Positions 38,980 through 52,833 of a stretch of 64,000 nt of DNA are shown piece after piece. The stretch's first letter is position 1; each line of letters starts with the position of its first letter. Source of the DNA: an uncultured bacterium (GTDB lineage Bacteria > Spirochaetota > UBA4802 > JAGODF01). The translations under genes were made by a program, and so were the position numbers. The stretch covers positions 16,497 to 80,496 of the forward strand of contig CAKZSV010000004.1 in the NCBI GenBank assembly GCA_937921485.1, given 5' to 3'. Below the pieces are notes generated by a model that was not told where the DNA came from, searched no databases, and was given only the letters and a program-made list of their open reading frames with translations.

Positions 38980-39077
38980 CACAATAACCCAAAAACTAAA
39001 AAAGTAACGAATCCCGGCCTGCACAATCACACAGACCGGCCATTCTTCATCATCCGAATCGCTTCGCGTTCAGTATT

Positions 39078-39395
39078 TTACGACTTTATGTCAACTGAAA
39101 TACCGGCGGGCAGTTCAAGCTTCATGAGCGCTTCAATCGTATCTTCATTGGGATTGATGATATCGATCAAACGCTTATGAGTCCGTATTTCGAACTGTTC
39201 ACGCGATTTCTTGTTCACATGAGGCGATCTGAGAACACAGTACTTTTCTATCTTCGTCGGTAGAGGTACCGGTCCAGCCACAGTTGCCCCACTCCTGTTC
39301 GTCGTTGCAACTATCTTCGCCGCCGACTGATCTAAAAGCTTCGCATCAAACGAACGCAACTTAACCCGTATTCGCTGTGTTGATATTCCTGCCAC
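39078..39395 (-). CDS. rpsJ: 30S ribosomal protein S10
   Basis: [44 protein letters not shown] start. Confidence 0.96.
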   Translation of the reverse strand: MAGISTQRIRVKLRSFDAKLLDQSAAKIVATTNRSGATVAGPVPLPTKIEKYCVLRSPHVNKKSREQFEIRTHKRLIDIINPNEDTIEALMKLELPAGISVDIKS

Positions 39396-39431
39396 TTTCT
39401 TTGCCTTATCATTAACTCAAAAATAACTTAC

Positions 39432-39470
39432 ACATCGCACATCGCATTTTACGATGCTTACAAGCGATGT
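39432..39470 (-). promoter_or_regulatory. S10-operon leader with mutually exclusive hairpins
   Basis: Tandem ACATCGC ACATCGC (39432-39445), CGATG (39452-39456) and GCGATGT (39464-39470). The 3' arm can pair with either upstream copy, and the second copy can instead pair with CGATG. Confidence 0.4.
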
Positions 39471-39525
39471 TTCCTACGAATTCCTTCCCCGAAAACACCG
39501 CTTCTTGCGCCTGCTTCTACACAAC

Positions 39526-39553
39526 GGTTGTCAGACTATTCAGTCTGACAACC
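39526..39553 (-). terminator. Perfect 11-bp stem-loop just downstream of tuf (terminator/attenuator or processing site)
   Basis: GGTTGTCAGAC-tattca-GTCTGACAACC. On the transcribed strand it is followed by GUUGUGU (only weakly U-rich). Confidence 0.4.
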
Positions 39554-39584
39554 TATTATTATTCTTTTAGCGCGAAAACACGTC

Positions 39585-40799
39585 TTATTCAATAACCTTG
39601 GTCACAACACCGGCGCCAACGGTTCTTCCGCCTTCGCGAATTGCGAAACGAAGCGTTTCTTCCATGGCTACTTCGGTGATAAGCTCTACAACCATTTTGA
39701 TGTTGTCGCCCGGCATGACCATTTCAACTCCGGAAGGAAGCTCAATCTTTCCGGTAACGTCCGTTGTTCTGAAATAGAACTGGGGACGATAATTGCTGAA
39801 GAAAGGTGTATGACGCCCGCCTTCTTCCTTAGAAAGCACATACACTTCACATTCAAACTTCTTATGAGGCGTAATGGAACCGGGTTTCGCAAGAACCTGC
39901 CCGCGCTCCACTTCATCCTTACCTATACCGCGAAGAAGACAGCCAACATTGTCACCCGCCATCCCTTCGTCAAGAATCTTTCTGAACATTTCAACGCCCG
40001 TGCACACGGTCTTGCGGGTTTCGCCGAAGCCGACGATTTCGACTTCATCGCCGGTTCTGACGATGCCGCGCTCAATTCTTCCCGTCGTAACGGTTCCGCG
40101 TCCGGTAATTGAAAAAACGTCCTCAATCGGCATCAAGAAAGGTTTGTCAATGGCGCGTTTGGGCTCGGGAATATATTCATCGAGCGTGTTCGCCAGTTTG
40201 ATGATACCGCCGCACCACTCGCACTCTTCCTTACCGCAACCGCACTCCATCGCTTTAAGCGCTGATCCCGGGACAATCGGAATCTCGTCTCCGGGAAATT
40301 CATATTTGGAAAGGAGTTCACGAATTTCCATTTCCACAAGCTCAATCATCTCGGCTCTTTCGGAAGCATCGAGCATATCGACTTTATTCAAGAAAACCAC
40401 AATGTACGGCACATTAACCTGACGGGCAAGCAGCACGTGCTCCTTCGTTTGAGGCATGGGGCCGTCGGTTGCGGCAACAACTAAAATCGCTGCGTCCATC
40501 TGCGCCGCACCGGTGATCATATTCTTGATATAGTCGGCATGACCCGGGCAATCGACATGCGCATAGTGGCGCTTTTTGGTTTCGTACTCCTGGTGCGACG
40601 TCGCAATCGTTATACCGCGCGCCTTTTCTTCGGGCGCATTATCGATCTGGTCGAATTCGACGGGCTTGTTGTGGCCCCCTACATATTTGGAAAGGACTTT
40701 CGTGATTGCTGACGTCAGGGTCGTTTTCCCATGGTCGATGTGCCCAATGGTTCCCACGTTCACGTGCGGTTTACTGCGATCAAATTTTTCCTTTGCCAT
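39585..40799 (-). CDS. tuf: Elongation factor Tu (with Cys4 insertion)
   Basis: [29 protein letters not shown]...DCPGHADY...NKVD. 404 aa, with an unusual [14 protein letters not shown] segment at residues 185-198. Confidence 0.98.
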   Translation of the reverse strand: MAKEKFDRSKPHVNVGTIGHIDHGKTTLTSAITKVLSKYVGGHNKPVEFDQIDNAPEEKARGITIATSHQEYETKKRHYAHVDCPGHADYIKNMITGAAQMDAAILVVAATDGPMPQTKEHVLLARQVNVPYIVVFLNKVDMLDASERAEMIELVEMEIRELLSKYEFPGDEIPIVPGSALKAMECGCGKEECEWCGGIIKLANTLDEYIPEPKRAIDKPFLMPIEDVFSITGRGTVTTGRIERGIVRTGDEVEIVGFGETRKTVCTGVEMFRKILDEGMAGDNVGCLLRGIGKDEVERGQVLAKPGSITPHKKFECEVYVLSKEEGGRHTPFFSNYRPQFYFRTTDVTGKIELPSGVEMVMPGDNIKMVVELITEVAMEETLRFAIREGGRTVGAGVVTKVIE

Positions 40800-40991
40800 C
40801 TGTACTCTCCTTATTACTTTGTTTCAAAATTTCTTATTGTGCGATCATCCCTGAACACGTCATCTGGAACCTCACAAATTGCACACCATTTTCTTGTTTT
40901 CAGGAAGACCGGCGATTAAGCAATTTCAAGCGATGCGAGGTTGAATTAAATTTTACCCAGCTTTTCTGTCAATGAATTAATCCAAAAAAAA

Positions 40992-43091
40992 TTAAAAAAT
41001 TCGTCCGCTCATGCGAGCCACCAGATTTTCCATCACTGCAGAAGGCACCAGATCATAATGGCTGAACTGCAGCGTCTGAGAAGCCCTTCCCTGGCTGAGC
41101 GAACGCAGCGAGGTGGCATAACCGAACATTTCCGAAAGCGGCGCAAGCGCATGAATTTTTCTAAGATGACCTTCCATTTCTATGCCTTCAATCTTTCCCC
41201 GCCGGGAATTAATGTCGTTGATTATGTCTCCCATGTACTCTTCCGGCGACACTACCTCGAGTTTCATTATCGGTTCCATCAAGGACGGCGATGCTTTTCG
41301 TGCGCCCTCTTTAAATGCGATGTTCGCTGCAATTCTATAGGCCACTTCCACCGATTGGCCATCAATATACTTCGCGTCAACAAGCCTCGATTTCACATCC
41401 ACCATTTTATATCCCGCGATCACGCCGCCTTCCATTGAATCCTTGATGCCTTCTTCCACTGCCTGAATAAATGCTTCCGGAAGCACGCCGTTTTTCATTG
41501 AGTTTTCAAATATAAATCCGCTTCCCGGCTTCAGAGGCATCATCTCGATGATTACATGCCCGTATTGATCTTTTCCTGCAATTTGCTTCGTATATTCGTG
41601 TTCAGTTCGGCAGGGGCGCGTAATCGTTTCCTTGTACGCAACCTGCGGCTTGCCCACATTCACTTTCACATTGAATTCACGAATGAGCCTGTCAACGATA
41701 ATTTCCAGATGAAGCTCCCCCATCCCCGAAATAATGCTCTGTCCCGTATCGGGGTCCTGCTTCAAGCGGAAGGTGGGGTCTTCTTCTTCAAGCCTGGAAA
41801 GCGCCGCGCTGAGTTTTTCCTGGTCCGCTTTAGTTTTCGGTTCGATTGCCACCGAAATAACCGGCTCTGGAAATTCCATCTTTTCAAGAAGGATCGGGGC
41901 ATTCTCGTCGGTCAGTGTATCTCCGGTGCGGACTGTTTTCAGCCCCACCAGCGCGACGATATCGCCCGTGAATACTTCCTGCAAATCCTCCCGGTCATTT
42001 GCATGCATGCGCAAGATTCGCCCCACCCGCTCTTTTTTATTTTTCGAAACATTCAATACGCTATCGCCGGATTTCAAATGCCCGCTGTACACCCGTATAT
42101 ACGATAATCTGCCCACAAACGAGTCTGCCCGAATTTTAAACACCAGTGCGCAGAACGGTTCTTTGTCGCTCGCCTCGCGCGAGAACATTTCATCATAATC
42201 TTTTGGATTGTGCCCAATAATATTCGGCATATCCTTCGGAGAAGGAAGATACTCCACAATCGCATCCAAAAGCGGCTGAACGCCCTTGTTTCGCAGTGCG
42301 CTTCCACAAAAGACCGGAAAAAGTTGTGCGCCAACAGTCGCCTTGCGAATACTATGGCGAAGCTCTTCTTCGCTGATTTCCACGCCTTCAAGGTATTTCT
42401 CCGTCAAAGCTTCGTCGTGCTCGGCCAGAAGCTCGATCATGGTTTCGCGGGCCTTTTCAGCGCGTTTGAGCAAATCTTCGGGAATATCTATTTCGTCATA
42501 GGATTCTCCGGTTCCTTCCTGCCAGCGATACCCCTTCATCCGCAAAAGGTCCACAACACCAATAAAGCTGTCTTCCTTTCCTATGGGCAGCTGCAGCACG
42601 AGGGGCGCGGCACCGAGCTTTTTTCGGATCATTTCGACGCAATGGTCAAAATCGGCGCCGATTCTGTCCATTTTATTCACAAAACAGATGCGCGAAACAT
42701 GGTAACGGTCCGCCTGTCTCCATACTGTTTCCGATTGCGGCTCCACACCGGCTACGCCGTCAAATACCGCGACTGCGGCATCGAGAACTCTGAGGCTTCG
42801 CTCTACCTCCACGGTAAAATCGACATGTCCCGGCGTGTCGATGATATTTATTCTGGTATGCCTCCAGAAGCAGGTTGTTGCGGCGGCGGTGATGGTGATG
42901 CCGCGTTCCTTTTCCTGCTCCATCCAGTCCATTTCCGCATTCCCTTCGTGGACCTCGCCCATCTTGTGGGTTTTGCCGGTATAATAGAGGATCCTTTCGG
43001 TGAGGGTGGTTTTCCCCGCATCGATATGGGCCATGATGCCGATGTTCCTCGTCCTTTGAAGGGGAAGTTCTCTGCCCATCGCATTCCTCAA
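40992..43091 (-). CDS. fusA: Elongation factor G
   Basis: [27 protein letters not shown]...[13 protein letters not shown]...DTPGHVDFT. Confidence 0.98.
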   Translation of the reverse strand: MRNAMGRELPLQRTRNIGIMAHIDAGKTTLTERILYYTGKTHKMGEVHEGNAEMDWMEQEKERGITITAAATTCFWRHTRINIIDTPGHVDFTVEVERSLRVLDAAVAVFDGVAGVEPQSETVWRQADRYHVSRICFVNKMDRIGADFDHCVEMIRKKLGAAPLVLQLPIGKEDSFIGVVDLLRMKGYRWQEGTGESYDEIDIPEDLLKRAEKARETMIELLAEHDEALTEKYLEGVEISEEELRHSIRKATVGAQLFPVFCGSALRNKGVQPLLDAIVEYLPSPKDMPNIIGHNPKDYDEMFSREASDKEPFCALVFKIRADSFVGRLSYIRVYSGHLKSGDSVLNVSKNKKERVGRILRMHANDREDLQEVFTGDIVALVGLKTVRTGDTLTDENAPILLEKMEFPEPVISVAIEPKTKADQEKLSAALSRLEEEDPTFRLKQDPDTGQSIISGMGELHLEIIVDRLIREFNVKVNVGKPQVAYKETITRPCRTEHEYTKQIAGKDQYGHVIIEMMPLKPGSGFIFENSMKNGVLPEAFIQAVEEGIKDSMEGGVIAGYKMVDVKSRLVDAKYIDGQSVEVAYRIAANIAFKEGARKASPSLMEPIMKLEVVSPEEYMGDIINDINSRRGKIEGIEMEGHLRKIHALAPLSEMFGYATSLRSLSQGRASQTLQFSHYDLVPSAVMENLVARMSGRIF

Positions 43092-43162
43092 TTATTATTG
43101 GCTCTAATAACAGAATACCAGGGCACAAACCCTGGTATTCCATGCCCGTACAATTTCTTTTT

Positions 43163-43663
<501 letters not shown>

Positions 43664-44038
43664 TTACGCTTTTGGACGTTTTGAACCGTATTTCGATCTT
43701 CCTTTCCTTCTTCCGTCAACACCCATCGAATCAAGTGTTCCGCGTACGATGTGATAGCGCACACCGGGAAGGTCTTTCACCCTGCCCCCGCGGACCAGAA
43801 CCGCCGAGTGCTCCTGAAGATTGTGACCCACGCCGGGGATGTATGCGGTCACTTCAATCCCGTTGGTGAGGCGAACCCTCGCGACTTTTCTCAGCGCCGA
43901 GTTCGGCTTCTTCGGCGTCACCGTCGAAACGCGTGTGCATACCCCGCGCCTCTGCGGGCATCTCGTGAGCGCCGGAGATTTGGTTTTCACCCGTTTGCTC
44001 TGTCTGCCCTTTCGTATCAACTGACTGATTGTTGGCAT
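43664..44038 (-). CDS. rpsL: 30S ribosomal protein S12
   Basis: [24 protein letters not shown]...[20 protein letters not shown]. Confidence 0.98.
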   Translation of the reverse strand: MPTISQLIRKGRQSKRVKTKSPALTRCPQRRGVCTRVSTVTPKKPNSALRKVARVRLTNGIEVTAYIPGVGHNLQEHSAVLVRGGRVKDLPGVRYHIVRGTLDSMGVDGRRKGRSKYGSKRPKA

Positions 44039-44235
44039 CTCAACACCTGTTCATTTTAGTGGTATCATTTCGGGCTTCAGCCTGAAAATATTTACACTTT
44101 AAAGATTTTTAAATCTCAAATCCGAAAATTCCTACAGGACAAACCACATCATTATAGATGGAGCATTTGTCAAGGATTTTCCCTCGCAATTCTCCACGCA
44201 AAGTCAATCGCCCGATGATGCAATCGCCATCGTCC

Positions 44236-47200
44236 CTATTCCGTTTTGGCGCCTTCACCCTCTTTCTGATCGACCGCATCTTCAGCCGACGGGGCATCGC
44301 TGACGGGTTCGAGATCTCCCGGAGTTTCCTTATATACAGAAATCTTTCTGTATTCCCGAACTCCTGTTCCCGCGGGGATCAGATGGCCAATGATGACGTT
44401 CTCTTTAAGACCTTTCAGATGGTCCACCTTTCCTCTGATTGCCGCTTCCGTAAGCACCCGCGTGGTTTCCTGGAATGACGCGGCGGAAATAAAAGACTCC
44501 GTATTGAGTGCCGCTTTTGTGATGCCCATGAGCACCGTCTGAGCCGTCGCGGGTTTTCCGCCTTCCTGAAGCACTCTCTCGTTTTCATCGATGAAAGCGA
44601 ATCGGTCAACGATCTGTTCAATAACAAAACTCGTATCTCCCGGATCGGTGATCTTGACTTTCCGGAGCATCTGGCGCACAATTATCTCGATATGTTTGTC
44701 GTTGATGTTCACACCCTGAAGCCGATACACTTCCTGGATGTCGTTGACTAAGAATTTTTGAAGCTCTCTCGGTCCTTTGATTTTCAGGATTTCGTGCGGG
44801 TCTTCGGGACCATCGTCTATCTTCTCGCCTTTATTAATCCAGTCGCGATCCTGCACTCTGAGGAATTTCGACGCGGGTATGGAATATTCTCGCTCCTCTC
44901 CGCCTTCTCCGCGGATGATGATCTTTCGCTTGTTCTTGACCGTTTCGCCTATTTTGACGGTTCCGTCAATTTCCGAAAGCGTCGCGGCATCTTTCGGCGA
45001 ACGCGCTTCAAACAGTTCTGCAACTCTCGGGAGACCGCCGGTAATATCTTTGACCTTTTCAATCTGGCGCGGAATCTTCGCAAGCGTAACTCCGCCCTGC
45101 ACCTTCTCTCCGTTCTCGACCATCAGGTGAGCGCCTTTCGGAAGCAAATACACCGTCGGCTCACCTGACGAACTCGAATGCACCTCGATGCGCGGCTGAA
45201 GTCTTTCGGTTTTGTACTCAACGATGACGCGTTTGGGCACATTCGATTGCGGGTCGAGTTCCTCGCGGAGGCTTTTGTTGAGCTCAATATCGACGAATCG
45301 AATTTCCCCCGATACTTCCGTGATAATCGGCTCAAGCCACGGGTCAAACGAGGCGAGCTTCTCGTTCCGTTCGTAAAATTTACCTTCACGGCAGATTACT
45401 TCCGTTCCCACATTGATTGGAATAGCGTGCTCGTCGCCCAAAATATAAATCTTTTTCTTTTCAAGCTTAATAATTCCCGCTTTCTTTGCAATGTATTCTT
45501 CCTTGCTTTCACCCTTCGCGACAACAGCACCTTCAAAAACTTTTTTCCCTTCCTCAACGGTGAGGGTGATTTCTCCTTTGAAGGGAATCTCGCTTATGAC
45601 GCGCTGCACCTTGAGATAACCCCGGCGCACGGAAATCGCCTTTTTCTCGCCACTTTCAGATTCAGTTTTGATGATCTTGGCGGTTATCTCCTTCACAAAT
45701 ACCGGGTAATTCAGCGCGATTTCGCTTTCTTCAACCGACCGCGAGGCAATTCCGCCGATATGGAACGTGCGCATCGTAAGCTGTGTTCCCGGCTGGCCTA
45801 TCGATTGCGCTGCAATAATGCCAACTGCCTCTCCGAGTTCCACCGCTCTGCCTGAAGCTAAATTGCGCCCATAGCACTTCGCGCACACGCCGTGGCGGGC
45901 ATCGCAGGTGAGTACAGAACGTATTTCTATGGAATCCAGGTTTATTTCATTAACTTTATCTGCAATGTCTTCGGTCACAATCTCATCAGCGCCGCAGATA
46001 AGATCTCCGGTCACCGGGTGCACCAAATCATAGAGAAGCGTTCTTCCAAGCACTCTGTTTCCAAGCGGCTCGATCACTTCATCGCCCTCTTTGATGGGGT
46101 GAATGTCGATTCCCATGGTGGTACCGCAGTCTTCCATGGTAACCACCACATCCTGCGCAATATCGACCAGCCTTCGGGTGAGATACCCGGCATCGGCAGT
46201 TTTGAGCGCCGTGTCGGCAAGGCCCTTGCGCGCGCCGTTGGTAGAGATGAAATATTCCTGGACCGTGAGCCCTTCGCGGAAATTTGTTTTAATCGGGACG
46301 TCGATGATTTCTCCGCTGGGTTTCGCCATAAGCCCGCGCATTCCTGCAAGCTGACGGATCTGCTGTTTGCTTCCGCGAGCTCCGGAACGCGCCATCACGT
46401 AGATCGGATTGAAACCACCCTGGCTCTTCGCCAACTCGTCCATCATCATCTCGGCAACAACTTCGTTTGCGCTGGTCCAGATATCGATTATTTTGTTGTA
46501 CCGCTCTTCGTTGGTGATATAACCGCTCTTATAATCTTCCTCGATTTTCTTCACTTTCGCATCGCATTCTTCAACAAGCTTATGTTTGCCGGAAGGCACA
46601 AGAATGTCAGAAATCGATATGGTCGGCGCGAAATACGTCGCGTATTTATAGCCTGTCTCCTTGATGTCGTCAAGGACCCTGACGGTGAGATGCGATCCAT
46701 ACGCTTTATATATGTCTGATATTATTTTCGCAAGTTTCTTGTCGTTGACCGTGTGGTTGACAAACAGATAGCCGTCCGGCAGAATTTTATTAAAAATCAG
46801 CCTGCCGGGTGTGGTTTCGATGAACTCACCGGCTTTCAATTCCCGCACTTCAAGCGAGTCGCTGTCGGTTTCGCATCTCATTTTTCCTTTGCATTTCGCG
46901 GCCATTTCTTCGCTTACCAGAAATTTTATTCTGGTGCGCATCTTGATCCGCTTAAAATCTACGTCGCGCTCAACATCGAAATCCCTGTCGTAATATCGTA
47001 CCGATTTTTCATTTGCCGATTCGTCAAACATGGCAGTGAGATAATAAATCCCGAGCACAATATCCTGCGTCGGCGTGACAATAGGTTCGCCGTTCGCGGG
47101 AGAGAGAAGATTGTTCGTTGAAAGCATCAGCGTCCAGCACTCAAGCTGGGCTTTCGGCGAAAGCGGCACGTGCACTGCCATCTGATCGCCGTCGAAGTCC

Positions 47201-48573
47201 GCGTTGTAGGCATGGCATACAAGCGGATGAAGCTTGATGGCTTTTCCTTCCACAAGCACCGGCTCAAACGCCTGAATGCCGAGCCTGTGCAGCGTGGGGG
47301 CGCGGTTGAGCAGCACGGGATGTTCAGCGATCACTTCTTCGAGCACTTCCCACACTTCGGGCCGTTCGTTCTCCACCATCTTTTTTGCGGATTTGATATT
47401 CTGAACATAATCCTTATCCACAAGGCGCTTCTGAATAAACGGCTTGAAAAGCTCGATCGCCATTTTCTTGGGAAGACCGCACTGGTACAATTTCAGTTCC
47501 GGTCCGATGACGATAACCGAGCGGCCGGAATAGTCGACGCGCTTGCCGAGAAGGTTCTGGCGGAAGCGCCCCTGCTTTCCTTTCAGCATATCCGAAAGCG
47601 ATTTCAAGGGGCGATTGCCTTTCCCTTTAACCGCGCGCTTCCGCCTGCTGTTGTCGAATAGCGCATCGACCGCTTCCTGCAGCATGCGCTTTTCATTGCG
47701 AACGATGATTTCAGGCGCGCGGAGCATCAATAGCCGTTTGAGGCGGTTGTTGCGATTAATGACACGCCGATAAAGGTCGTTCAGGTCGGATGTTGCGAAG
47801 CGTCCGCCGTCAAGCTGCACCATTGGGCGAAGGTCAGGCGGAATGACCGGCACCACATCTAAGATAAGCCACTCCGGACGGTTGCCGGAATCGCGAAACG
47901 ATTCGATAATTTCCAGACGTTTGATGAGTTTGCGGTCAACAGTCTTTTTCGAATCCTTGGCCATCTGCATCAGAAGCTTTTCCCGAAGCACCCGTGCTTC
48001 TTCATCCAGGTCGATTTTCGAAAGAAGCTCCTTGATGGCGGAGGCTCCCATATCGGCAATAAAGGTATCGCCGTATTTTTCATAAAAATAATTATACTTT
48101 TCTTCGTCGATCACCATACCGCGCTCGAGCGTTTCATCATCGGTCACCGCGTCGCCCGGATCGATGATGACATACTTCTCGTAGTACAGGATTTGCTTTA
48201 ACTGATTGACCGTCATATCAAGAAGAAGACCGATGCGGGATGGAACCGACCGGTAGTACCAGATATGCGCGACCGGCGCCGCGAGTTCGATGTGACCGCC
48301 GCGCTCCCGGCGCACCTTATAATGGGTGACTTCCACGCCGCAGCGGTCGCACACAACGCCTTTATACCGCACCGACTTGAATTTGCCGCAATAGCATTCC
48401 CACTCTTTGGTGGTACCGAATATTTTTTCACAAAAAAGACCGTCCCTCTCTGGCTTCAGGGTACGGTAATTAATAGTCTCCGGTTTTTTCACTTCTCCGT
48501 ACGACCATGCGCGTATCATGTCCGGAGAAGCAATTTTAATCTGAATTGAACTGAAATCGTTAAAGTCTCTCAT
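44236..48573 (-). CDS. rpoC: DNA-directed RNA polymerase subunit beta'
   Basis: 1445 aa. Zinc motif [20 protein letters not shown], catalytic motif [13 protein letters not shown]. Confidence 0.99.
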   Translation of the reverse strand: MRDFNDFSSIQIKIASPDMIRAWSYGEVKKPETINYRTLKPERDGLFCEKIFGTTKEWECYCGKFKSVRYKGVVCDRCGVEVTHYKVRRERGGHIELAAPVAHIWYYRSVPSRIGLLLDMTVNQLKQILYYEKYVIIDPGDAVTDDETLERGMVIDEEKYNYFYEKYGDTFIADMGASAIKELLSKIDLDEEARVLREKLLMQMAKDSKKTVDRKLIKRLEIIESFRDSGNRPEWLILDVVPVIPPDLRPMVQLDGGRFATSDLNDLYRRVINRNNRLKRLLMLRAPEIIVRNEKRMLQEAVDALFDNSRRKRAVKGKGNRPLKSLSDMLKGKQGRFRQNLLGKRVDYSGRSVIVIGPELKLYQCGLPKKMAIELFKPFIQKRLVDKDYVQNIKSAKKMVENERPEVWEVLEEVIAEHPVLLNRAPTLHRLGIQAFEPVLVEGKAIKLHPLVCHAYNADFDGDQMAVHVPLSPKAQLECWTLMLSTNNLLSPANGEPIVTPTQDIVLGIYYLTAMFDESANEKSVRYYDRDFDVERDVDFKRIKMRTRIKFLVSEEMAAKCKGKMRCETDSDSLEVRELKAGEFIETTPGRLIFNKILPDGYLFVNHTVNDKKLAKIISDIYKAYGSHLTVRVLDDIKETGYKYATYFAPTISISDILVPSGKHKLVEECDAKVKKIEEDYKSGYITNEERYNKIIDIWTSANEVVAEMMMDELAKSQGGFNPIYVMARSGARGSKQQIRQLAGMRGLMAKPSGEIIDVPIKTNFREGLTVQEYFISTNGARKGLADTALKTADAGYLTRRLVDIAQDVVVTMEDCGTTMGIDIHPIKEGDEVIEPLGNRVLGRTLLYDLVHPVTGDLICGADEIVTEDIADKVNEINLDSIEIRSVLTCDARHGVCAKCYGRNLASGRAVELGEAVGIIAAQSIGQPGTQLTMRTFHIGGIASRSVEESEIALNYPVFVKEITAKIIKTESESGEKKAISVRRGYLKVQRVISEIPFKGEITLTVEEGKKVFEGAVVAKGESKEEYIAKKAGIIKLEKKKIYILGDEHAIPINVGTEVICREGKFYERNEKLASFDPWLEPIITEVSGEIRFVDIELNKSLREELDPQSNVPKRVIVEYKTERLQPRIEVHSSSSGEPTVYLLPKGAHLMVENGEKVQGGVTLAKIPRQIEKVKDITGGLPRVAELFEARSPKDAATLSEIDGTVKIGETVKNKRKIIIRGEGGEEREYSIPASKFLRVQDRDWINKGEKIDDGPEDPHEILKIKGPRELQKFLVNDIQEVYRLQGVNINDKHIEIIVRQMLRKVKITDPGDTSFVIEQIVDRFAFIDENERVLQEGGKPATAQTVLMGITKAALNTESFISAASFQETTRVLTEAAIRGKVDHLKGLKENVIIGHLIPAGTGVREYRKISVYKETPGDLEPVSDAPSAEDAVDQKEGEGAKTE

Positions 48574-48722
48574 TACCTTAACCTTGTTTTTAATGTAAAA
48601 GGCTTACATACTACAACCTTTTAAATACTCAAATCCATTAAAGAATACTCATTTCAAAAACTATGTTCCGTTATTCCAACGAAAAAAAAGACATGCTCTT
48701 CCTCTTTCATACAGCAAAACCG

Positions 48723-51700
48723 CTATACATTCTGCAGCTTATCGAGCATGATGCGCTTTTTAGGCTTGCTGTAGCCGTCGCTCCATTCGGAAATATTAAT
48801 TTCGCTTCCCTGTTCATCGTAAATGCGCACATCAAGCGCGAGACCTCGCAGCTCCTGTACCAGCACATTGAACGACTCGGGAATACCCGGCGTGGTTGAA
48901 GTAATTCCTTTTACTATGGCCTCGTATATCCGCGCGCGGCCGAGCATATCGTCGGATTTCACCGTGAGGAGTTCCTGCAACGTGTAGGCAGCACCGTATG
49001 CCTCCAGCGCCCACACTTCCATCTCGCCAAGTCGCTGGCCTCCAAACTGTGCTTTTCCGCCCAGCGGCTGCTGCGTCACCAGCGAATATGGTCCGGTGGA
49101 GCGGGCGTGTATCTTATCATCAACCATGTGCGCCAGTTTTAACATGTAAACCTTGCCGCACATCACGCGGTTTTCAAACTGCTCACCTGATCTCCCGTCG
49201 AAAATCTCGGTTTTCGAATCATCGGGAAGTTTCGACTCATGCAATAGTTCCAGCACCTTCTCTTCGGTCGCGCCGTCGAAAATCGGCGTTTCGGCAATGA
49301 TGTTCAGCCTGTCCGCCGCCCATCCGAGTTCCGCTTCAAGAAGCTGGCCCAGATTCATTCGCGAAGGAACGGACAGGGGGTTAAGGACTATATCCACCGG
49401 CGTTCCATCCGGCAGGAAGGGCATTTCATATTCCGGCAATACGCGCGAAATCACCCCTTTATTTCCGTGGCGTCCGGACATTTTATCGCCCACGGAGATT
49501 TTTCTCTTTGTGGCGATATACACCTTTACGAGCTCTTCAATACCTGGAGCAAGTTCATCGCCGTTTTCCCGTGAGAATCGCCGCACATCGATCACGATGC
49601 CCTCAACGCCGTTCGGCACCCGCAGAGATGTATCGCGCACCTCATGCGCCTTTTCTCCGAAGATGGAATGCAGGAGCTTATATTCGGGAGTCAGGTCCTG
49701 CTCGCCTTTGGGGGTGACTTTACCCACCAGAATATCGTCCGGCTTCACAAAAGCTCCAACCCGAATGACGCCGCCCGCATCAAGATCGCGGAACGCTTTT
49801 TCGCTCAGGTTTGGTATATCGCGGGTAATTGTTTCACGGCCGAGCTTGGTTTCCCGTGCTTCCACCTCGAACTGTTCGATGTGAACCGACGTAAAGAGGT
49901 CCTCTTTCACAAGCCGTTCTGAAATGAGAATTGCGTCTTCAAAATTATATCCCATCCAGGGCATAAACGCCACAAGGACGTTTCTTCCAAGCGCAAGCCT
50001 CCCCTCGCTGGTCGCGGGACCGTCCGCGAGAACATCACCCGCCTTGATACGGTCGCCTTCTTTAACAATTGGCTTCTGGTTAAAGCAGGTACCCTGGTTG
50101 GTGCGCTTGAATTTGAGCAGGTCGTATTCGTCGAATTCGCCGCCGCTGACCTTAACCTTGATTTTCTTCGCATCGGCATACACGACCTCTCCCGCCCTTT
50201 TAGCAATCACCAGCACGCCCGAATCGTACGCCGCATGCTTTTCAATGCCGGTTCCCACCAGCGGAATTTCCTCCGAAAGCAAGGGAACCGCCTGGCGCTG
50301 CATATTCGAACCCATGAGTGCCCTGTTTGCGTCGTCGTGCTCGAGGAACGGAATCAGGCTCGTTGATACCGAAAAAATCTGAGACGGCGCCACGTCCATG
50401 TATTTAACATCGGAGGGGCGCATTGAAGGGTAATTGCCTTTGTTGCGGCAGATGATGCGCTCTTTTTCAACAAAGTAGCCGTTTTCATCAAGCGGCTCGT
50501 TCGCCTGCGCAATGAATTCGTTGTCTTCTTCATCGGCCGTGAGATATTCAATCTCGTCGGTCACCCGCCCGTTTTCCACCACCCGGTACGGGGTTTCAAT
50601 AAATCCGTATTCATTTATGCGCGCGTAGGTGCTCATCGAAACAATAAGACCGATATTTGGACCTTCAGGCGTTTCAATAGGACACATGCGGCCATAGTGC
50701 GAAGGATGCACGTCGCGCACCTCGAATCCCGCGCGCTCGCGCGAAAGCCCTCCCGGCCCCAGCGCGTTGAGGCGGCGTTTATGCGTAAGTTCGGCCAGCG
50801 GATTGGTCTGATCCATAAACTGCGAAAGCTGACTGGAGCCGAAAAACTCGTTGATGACCGCCATTATCGGCTTGATGCTGATGAGCGCCTGAGGAGTCAC
50901 AACATCCAGATCCTGGATGGTCATGCGCTCTTTGATGACACGCTCCATCCGCTGGAAACCAACTTTTATTTGATTGGCTAAAAGCTCGCCCACCGAACGT
51001 ATGCGCCGGTTGCCGAGATGATCGATATCATCGACGCTGGTGAAAACCTCAATATCCATGGTTTTCTTCTGGCCATCGGCGATATATTCCTTGGTATCGA
51101 TATACGATCTATCCTCGGCAATGATGTAGAGAAGATTTTTCAGCGCGTATATGATATCGACTTCGGTCAGCACCTCAAGCTCCAGCACCCGCACATCGCC
51201 CAATTTCGTCCGGATATCATCGGCCATCGTCTGCATGACCTTCAAATAATTGTATTTATCCTTCCGGAGAAGCTGGCGCACGCGGTCAACAACTTCCTTA
51301 AGCTCTTTGTTCTTTTTAATCTCTTCATCAATGCCGGATTTCTTTTTGAAGCGATGGATGCCGTATTTTTTATTAATCATATATCGGCCGACCGCGCCCA
51401 GGCTGTAGGAGCGGGGACTGAAGAAAAGCCGGTTCAGTTCAGCCATCGCGTTATCGATATTCTTGGGTTCGCCGGGCCGCATGATTTCATGAATTTTGAG
51501 AATCGCCTTCTGGGCAATCGTGTATTCTCCGTTGACCGCGTTGATGAGTTCCATGTCTTTTTCGAGGGAATTGACCAGGAAGGCGTCATCCTTGCTATTC
51601 GGAAATTCGATAACCTCAACCGAAGCGATTTTTTCTTCTTTGAAGCGGTCAAGAGCATCGATGTTGATGCGTTCGCCGGCGCTTATGATTATTTCACCGC

Positions 51701-52433
51701 TTTCCGGACTCACTACATCGGAAACCACCCGCCTGCCGTTGAGCGATTCAAAACTTTTTTCATCGGCAAGCTCAACACGCCTGGTGGGATAAAAAAGCCT
51801 GATGATTGAATCGTTTGTTTCATAGCCGAACGCGCGTATTAGAAGCGTGGCGGGAAATTTCTTCTTCCTGTCGATGCGGGCGATAAGAAATCCTTTCTTA
51901 TCCATTTCGAACTCAAGCCATGAACCCCTATCGGGAATCACGCGCGCGCTGTATATTCGTTCCGTTTCTTCAAAAGAGAAGAAAACCCCCGGAGAACGAT
52001 GAAGCTGGTTGACCACGACCCTTTCCGCACCATTTATGATGAACGTGCCCCGTGGCGTCATCAGCGGAATATCACCCATATACACCGACTGCTGGCGCAC
52101 TTCCATCGTGTCTTTTTTAATGAGCCGTATCGTCGCCTTCAGCGGCGCCGCAAATGTGACATCGCGCTCTTTGCATTCCTGCTCGGAATATTTTGGAGAG
52201 CCAACTTCATAATCAATAAACTCAAGTGTTATGTCATCATGCGGGCTTTCAATCGGAAATACTTCTTCGAATACCGCCTGCAATCCCTGCGATTTCCTCT
52301 TTTTGGGTTCAACCTCAGCTTGAAGGAACCATTCATACGACTGCAACTGAACTTCTATGAGGTTCGGGAGCTGAATATTGGCGCTGATGCGCCCGAAATT
52401 GACTATCGACTCGGTTTTTTGCATATAAATCAA
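48723..52433 (-). CDS. rpoB: DNA-directed RNA polymerase subunit beta
   Basis: 1236 aa. [28 protein letters not shown] and [17 protein letters not shown]. Confidence 0.99.
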   Translation of the reverse strand: MIYMQKTESIVNFGRISANIQLPNLIEVQLQSYEWFLQAEVEPKKRKSQGLQAVFEEVFPIESPHDDITLEFIDYEVGSPKYSEQECKERDVTFAAPLKATIRLIKKDTMEVRQQSVYMGDIPLMTPRGTFIINGAERVVVNQLHRSPGVFFSFEETERIYSARVIPDRGSWLEFEMDKKGFLIARIDRKKKFPATLLIRAFGYETNDSIIRLFYPTRRVELADEKSFESLNGRRVVSDVVSPESGEIIISAGERINIDALDRFKEEKIASVEVIEFPNSKDDAFLVNSLEKDMELINAVNGEYTIAQKAILKIHEIMRPGEPKNIDNAMAELNRLFFSPRSYSLGAVGRYMINKKYGIHRFKKKSGIDEEIKKNKELKEVVDRVRQLLRKDKYNYLKVMQTMADDIRTKLGDVRVLELEVLTEVDIIYALKNLLYIIAEDRSYIDTKEYIADGQKKTMDIEVFTSVDDIDHLGNRRIRSVGELLANQIKVGFQRMERVIKERMTIQDLDVVTPQALISIKPIMAVINEFFGSSQLSQFMDQTNPLAELTHKRRLNALGPGGLSRERAGFEVRDVHPSHYGRMCPIETPEGPNIGLIVSMSTYARINEYGFIETPYRVVENGRVTDEIEYLTADEEDNEFIAQANEPLDENGYFVEKERIICRNKGNYPSMRPSDVKYMDVAPSQIFSVSTSLIPFLEHDDANRALMGSNMQRQAVPLLSEEIPLVGTGIEKHAAYDSGVLVIAKRAGEVVYADAKKIKVKVSGGEFDEYDLLKFKRTNQGTCFNQKPIVKEGDRIKAGDVLADGPATSEGRLALGRNVLVAFMPWMGYNFEDAILISERLVKEDLFTSVHIEQFEVEARETKLGRETITRDIPNLSEKAFRDLDAGGVIRVGAFVKPDDILVGKVTPKGEQDLTPEYKLLHSIFGEKAHEVRDTSLRVPNGVEGIVIDVRRFSRENGDELAPGIEELVKVYIATKRKISVGDKMSGRHGNKGVISRVLPEYEMPFLPDGTPVDIVLNPLSVPSRMNLGQLLEAELGWAADRLNIIAETPIFDGATEEKVLELLHESKLPDDSKTEIFDGRSGEQFENRVMCGKVYMLKLAHMVDDKIHARSTGPYSLVTQQPLGGKAQFGGQRLGEMEVWALEAYGAAYTLQELLTVKSDDMLGRARIYEAIVKGITSTTPGIPESFNVLVQELRGLALDVRIYDEQGSEINISEWSDGYSKPKKRIMLDKLQNV

Positions 52434-52833
52434 CCTTACCTGAATTTTACATCATGAAGCAAAAAGCGGAAACAGCCATTCCGGCCAGAACCGCCGATTA
52501 TCATCGCCGAGGGGCAACTCAACACCGATTGCATATCTTCGTACAAAGAACGCATTCATCCGCCCGCTCACCGAAAGCCTATTTTTTATCCACATTGTAT
52601 ATTGCGTTCCTCAGACAATCAAATCCCGCAACACGCAACATCATCACGATGAAACGCAAATAGGTCTGGCCACAATCAGTAAACCAAACCTGCCTTGCAT
52701 CCGAATGTTGCCTTTCACAATTCGACTTCGAATCAAAACACCCCAGCCACATTGCACTCACAATATCACACCGTCCTGCCGCCTTAACGCTTAAAAAGCA
52801 GGAGGCAGGAACGCTATGAACTGTAGCGCAGAA

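Noticed and set aside
44758-52457. Numerous 60-275-aa plus-strand ORFs inside rpoC and rpoB (for example 45178-45855, 45892-46719, 51018-51809).
   Set aside because: These are antisense shadow frames of two very long, unambiguous genes.
52579-52761. A 60-aa minus-strand ORF in the rplL-rpoB spacer.
   Set aside because: It has no SD, odd composition and no motif. The region is more plausibly a non-coding leader.
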